IMG/VR virus record: IMGVR_UViG_3300025168_000054
Coordinates: 1-64,000 of that record
DNA length: 64,000 nucleotides
Reading direction: 5' to 3' (one strand)
Source: a virus
Every line of letters begins with the position of its first letter. The stretch's first letter is position 1. This document shows, piece after piece, positions 62,714-64,000 of this stretch. Made by a program: the position numbers and the translations under genes. The notes beneath the pieces were generated by a model. The model ran no database searches. It had not been told where the DNA came from and worked only from the letters and a program-made list of their open reading frames with translations.

Positions 62714-63303
62714 ACCTTCCATTGCTTTGCCTTCGACGTACAGTCGCCTTCGTAGGTGTATGTGGCTTCGCACATGTAGACGGTGCCGACATCCGGCACG
62801 TACTTGGCCGTCTCCGTGAACGTCTCCAGCACGGCGGTGTAGCCACTCTCCCAGACCCAGTAGTCGTCCTCGTGCCGGAGCGTGAACTTGATCTGTGTAG
62901 GGGGAAGCGCACGCGTCCCCTCCGTCTCTGTCCACAGAACCGGAGTGATTCGATCCCACGTCTCGTCGTTGAAGTCGATCCAGATCTCGCCCTCTTCGTC
63001 CCGGAGGATGCAACTTTCCTCGAAGTTGTACTCCGCCTCGTTCTCCCAGTGCTCAGCGCACGGGGTGTTGAACAGCTCGGGCAGGCCAGCGGCCTTGACC
63101 AAGGCGTCCATGTCGTGGAACTTGCTGGTGCTCGACTTCGCAGCGAGGTCCGTCTTGTGCTTAGCCACCAGCTTGCGGAGGGCCTCAACGGCATCCTCCT
63201 GCATCGGAGCCCACGCCTGGCATGGGTACTCCGTCGACCGGGCGTGCCATCCCGGCGTCCGGTTGGTGTCTTCCATCTCTCGCAGTTTCATCTTCGGGTC
63301 CAT
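62710..63303 (-). CDS. Hypothetical acidic early protein
   Basis: Start ATG 63303 behind AGGAGAGAGAC. Confidence 0.65.
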   Translation of the reverse strand: MDPKMKLREMEDTNRTPGWHARSTEYPCQAWAPMQEDAVEALRKLVAKHKTDLAAKSSTSKFHDMDALVKAAGLPELFNTPCAEHWENEAEYNFEESCILRDEEGEIWIDFNDETWDRITPVLWTETEGTRALPPTQIKFTLRHEDDYWVWESGYTAVLETFTETAKYVPDVGTVYMCEATYTYEGDCTSKAKQWKV

Positions 63304-63370
63304 GTCTCTCTCCTGGTTGGGGTGGGTGTGGGGCACCTGTCAGGCCGTGCCCCCCTGCGCCTTGTGTCTC

Positions 63371-64000
63371 TCAGGCGACGAAGTCGAGCGCGCCGTTGCG
63401 CAGGACCTTGACCGTCTCGCGGTCCTGCTGGCGCCAGTCGTTGATCTGACGCATCAGCAGAGCTGCTCCCTCCTCGGTCAACTGACGCGCCTCGAGACCC
63501 ACGCCGCTCGCATGGGCGGCGTAGGTCATGGCGTCCACGATGGACGACGCTGAGCCCTGAGCCGACGTCGTCTCGTGAGTCAGCCCCTCGACGATGAAGG
63601 GCACGACCTCCTTGGCTGAAGGCAGCATCGAGCCGACCTTGCGCAACTCTGTCGCCAGTCCGTGCTTGGACTTGACGAACGCCTCGGCAGGTGTGGCGTA
63701 CTCCTCCTTGCTCTCGACCTCCGACGTCGACCAGATGACCGGCACCTCCTTGAGGCTCTCGTGCATGGCGATGCCCATGCCTGACGCCTCGATCATCTGA
63801 GGCAGCACCTCCGACAGAGCCGGGCGCTTCTTGCTGCCGTTCTTGATGGTCTCCAGCATGTTGCTGGTGTGCCGGTACGCGACCTGTCCGAAGGTCTCGT
63901 AGACGATGACCATGCCATTCGAGCAGAACGGATTGAAGTCAGCTGCTCTGAAGAACAGACTACTCGCGCGGGCCAGGGAAGTGCTTACGTCAATCGCTGT
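63371..64000 (-). CDS. DUF932-like protein, 5' end outside window
   Basis: Frame is open to base 64000 (TAIDVSTS...FCSNGMV...YRHT); CxNG...RH motif. Confidence 0.6.
   Translation of the reverse strand, partial: TAIDVSTSLARASSLFFRAADFNPFCSNGMVIVYETFGQVAYRHTSNMLETIKNGSKKRPALSEVLPQMIEASGMGIAMHESLKEVPVIWSTSEVESKEEYATPAEAFVKSKHGLATELRKVGSMLPSAKEVVPFIVEGLTHETTSAQGSASSIVDAMTYAAHASGVGLEARQLTEEGAALLMRQINDWRQQDRETVKVLRNGALDFVA

Larger units (their letters stand above)
1..64000. mobile_element. Tailed dsDNA bacteriophage (Caudoviricetes, podovirus-like) genome segment, truncated at both window edges
   Basis: TerL, portal, scaffold, major capsid, nozzle-like and ejection proteins, PolA, primase and helicases; dense overlapping ORFs; no tape measure or sheath gene recognised; no host housekeeping genes. 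Confidence 0.96.

Noticed and set aside
1-64000. Prophage status (integrase, att sites), tRNAs, stop-codon recoding
   Set aside because: None recognised; genes are full length under the standard code and all three stops are used; lifestyle cannot be fixed because the genome extends beyond the window

Overview
The whole window is a GC-rich (roughly 60% by eye) tailed dsDNA bacteriophage genome of podovirus-like design, cut at both edges. No integrase, tRNA, CRISPR array or host gene is visible. It has three blocks. (1) 1-12.2 kb, minus strand: TerL, a PG-binding protein, portal, scaffold, a DUF5872-like pair, a sulfotransferase-like gene, a duplicated 'MPIAPVFPG' fibre/small-partner cassette and a holin-like gene that runs off the left edge. 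(2) 12.3-41.1 kb, plus strand: cement/decoration proteins, major capsid, tail adaptor, nozzle and tail proteins, and three ejection proteins, one of 4861 aa carrying muramidase and zincin-like domains. (3) 41.1-64 kb, minus strand: replication and early genes (DUF927 helicase, Rad50/SMC-like ATPase, Dam-type MTase, UDG-PolA fusion, SSB/Sak4/Cas4-like nuclease, SpeD, SNF2 helicase, AEP primase, many small ORFs), with one inverted orphan TerS. The best candidates for new biology are (a) a family-A polymerase with a degenerate family-4 UDG domain and substituted steric-gate and minor-groove residues, flanked by an NDT/TIR-like gene, a variant SpeD and an MTase (possible non-canonical nucleotide or DNA-modification system), and (b) a modular head-spike-like system with two fibre-like proteins sharing a 9-aa anchor peptide and two paralogous base-like proteins. 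All family calls come from motif recognition by eye; no database searches were run.
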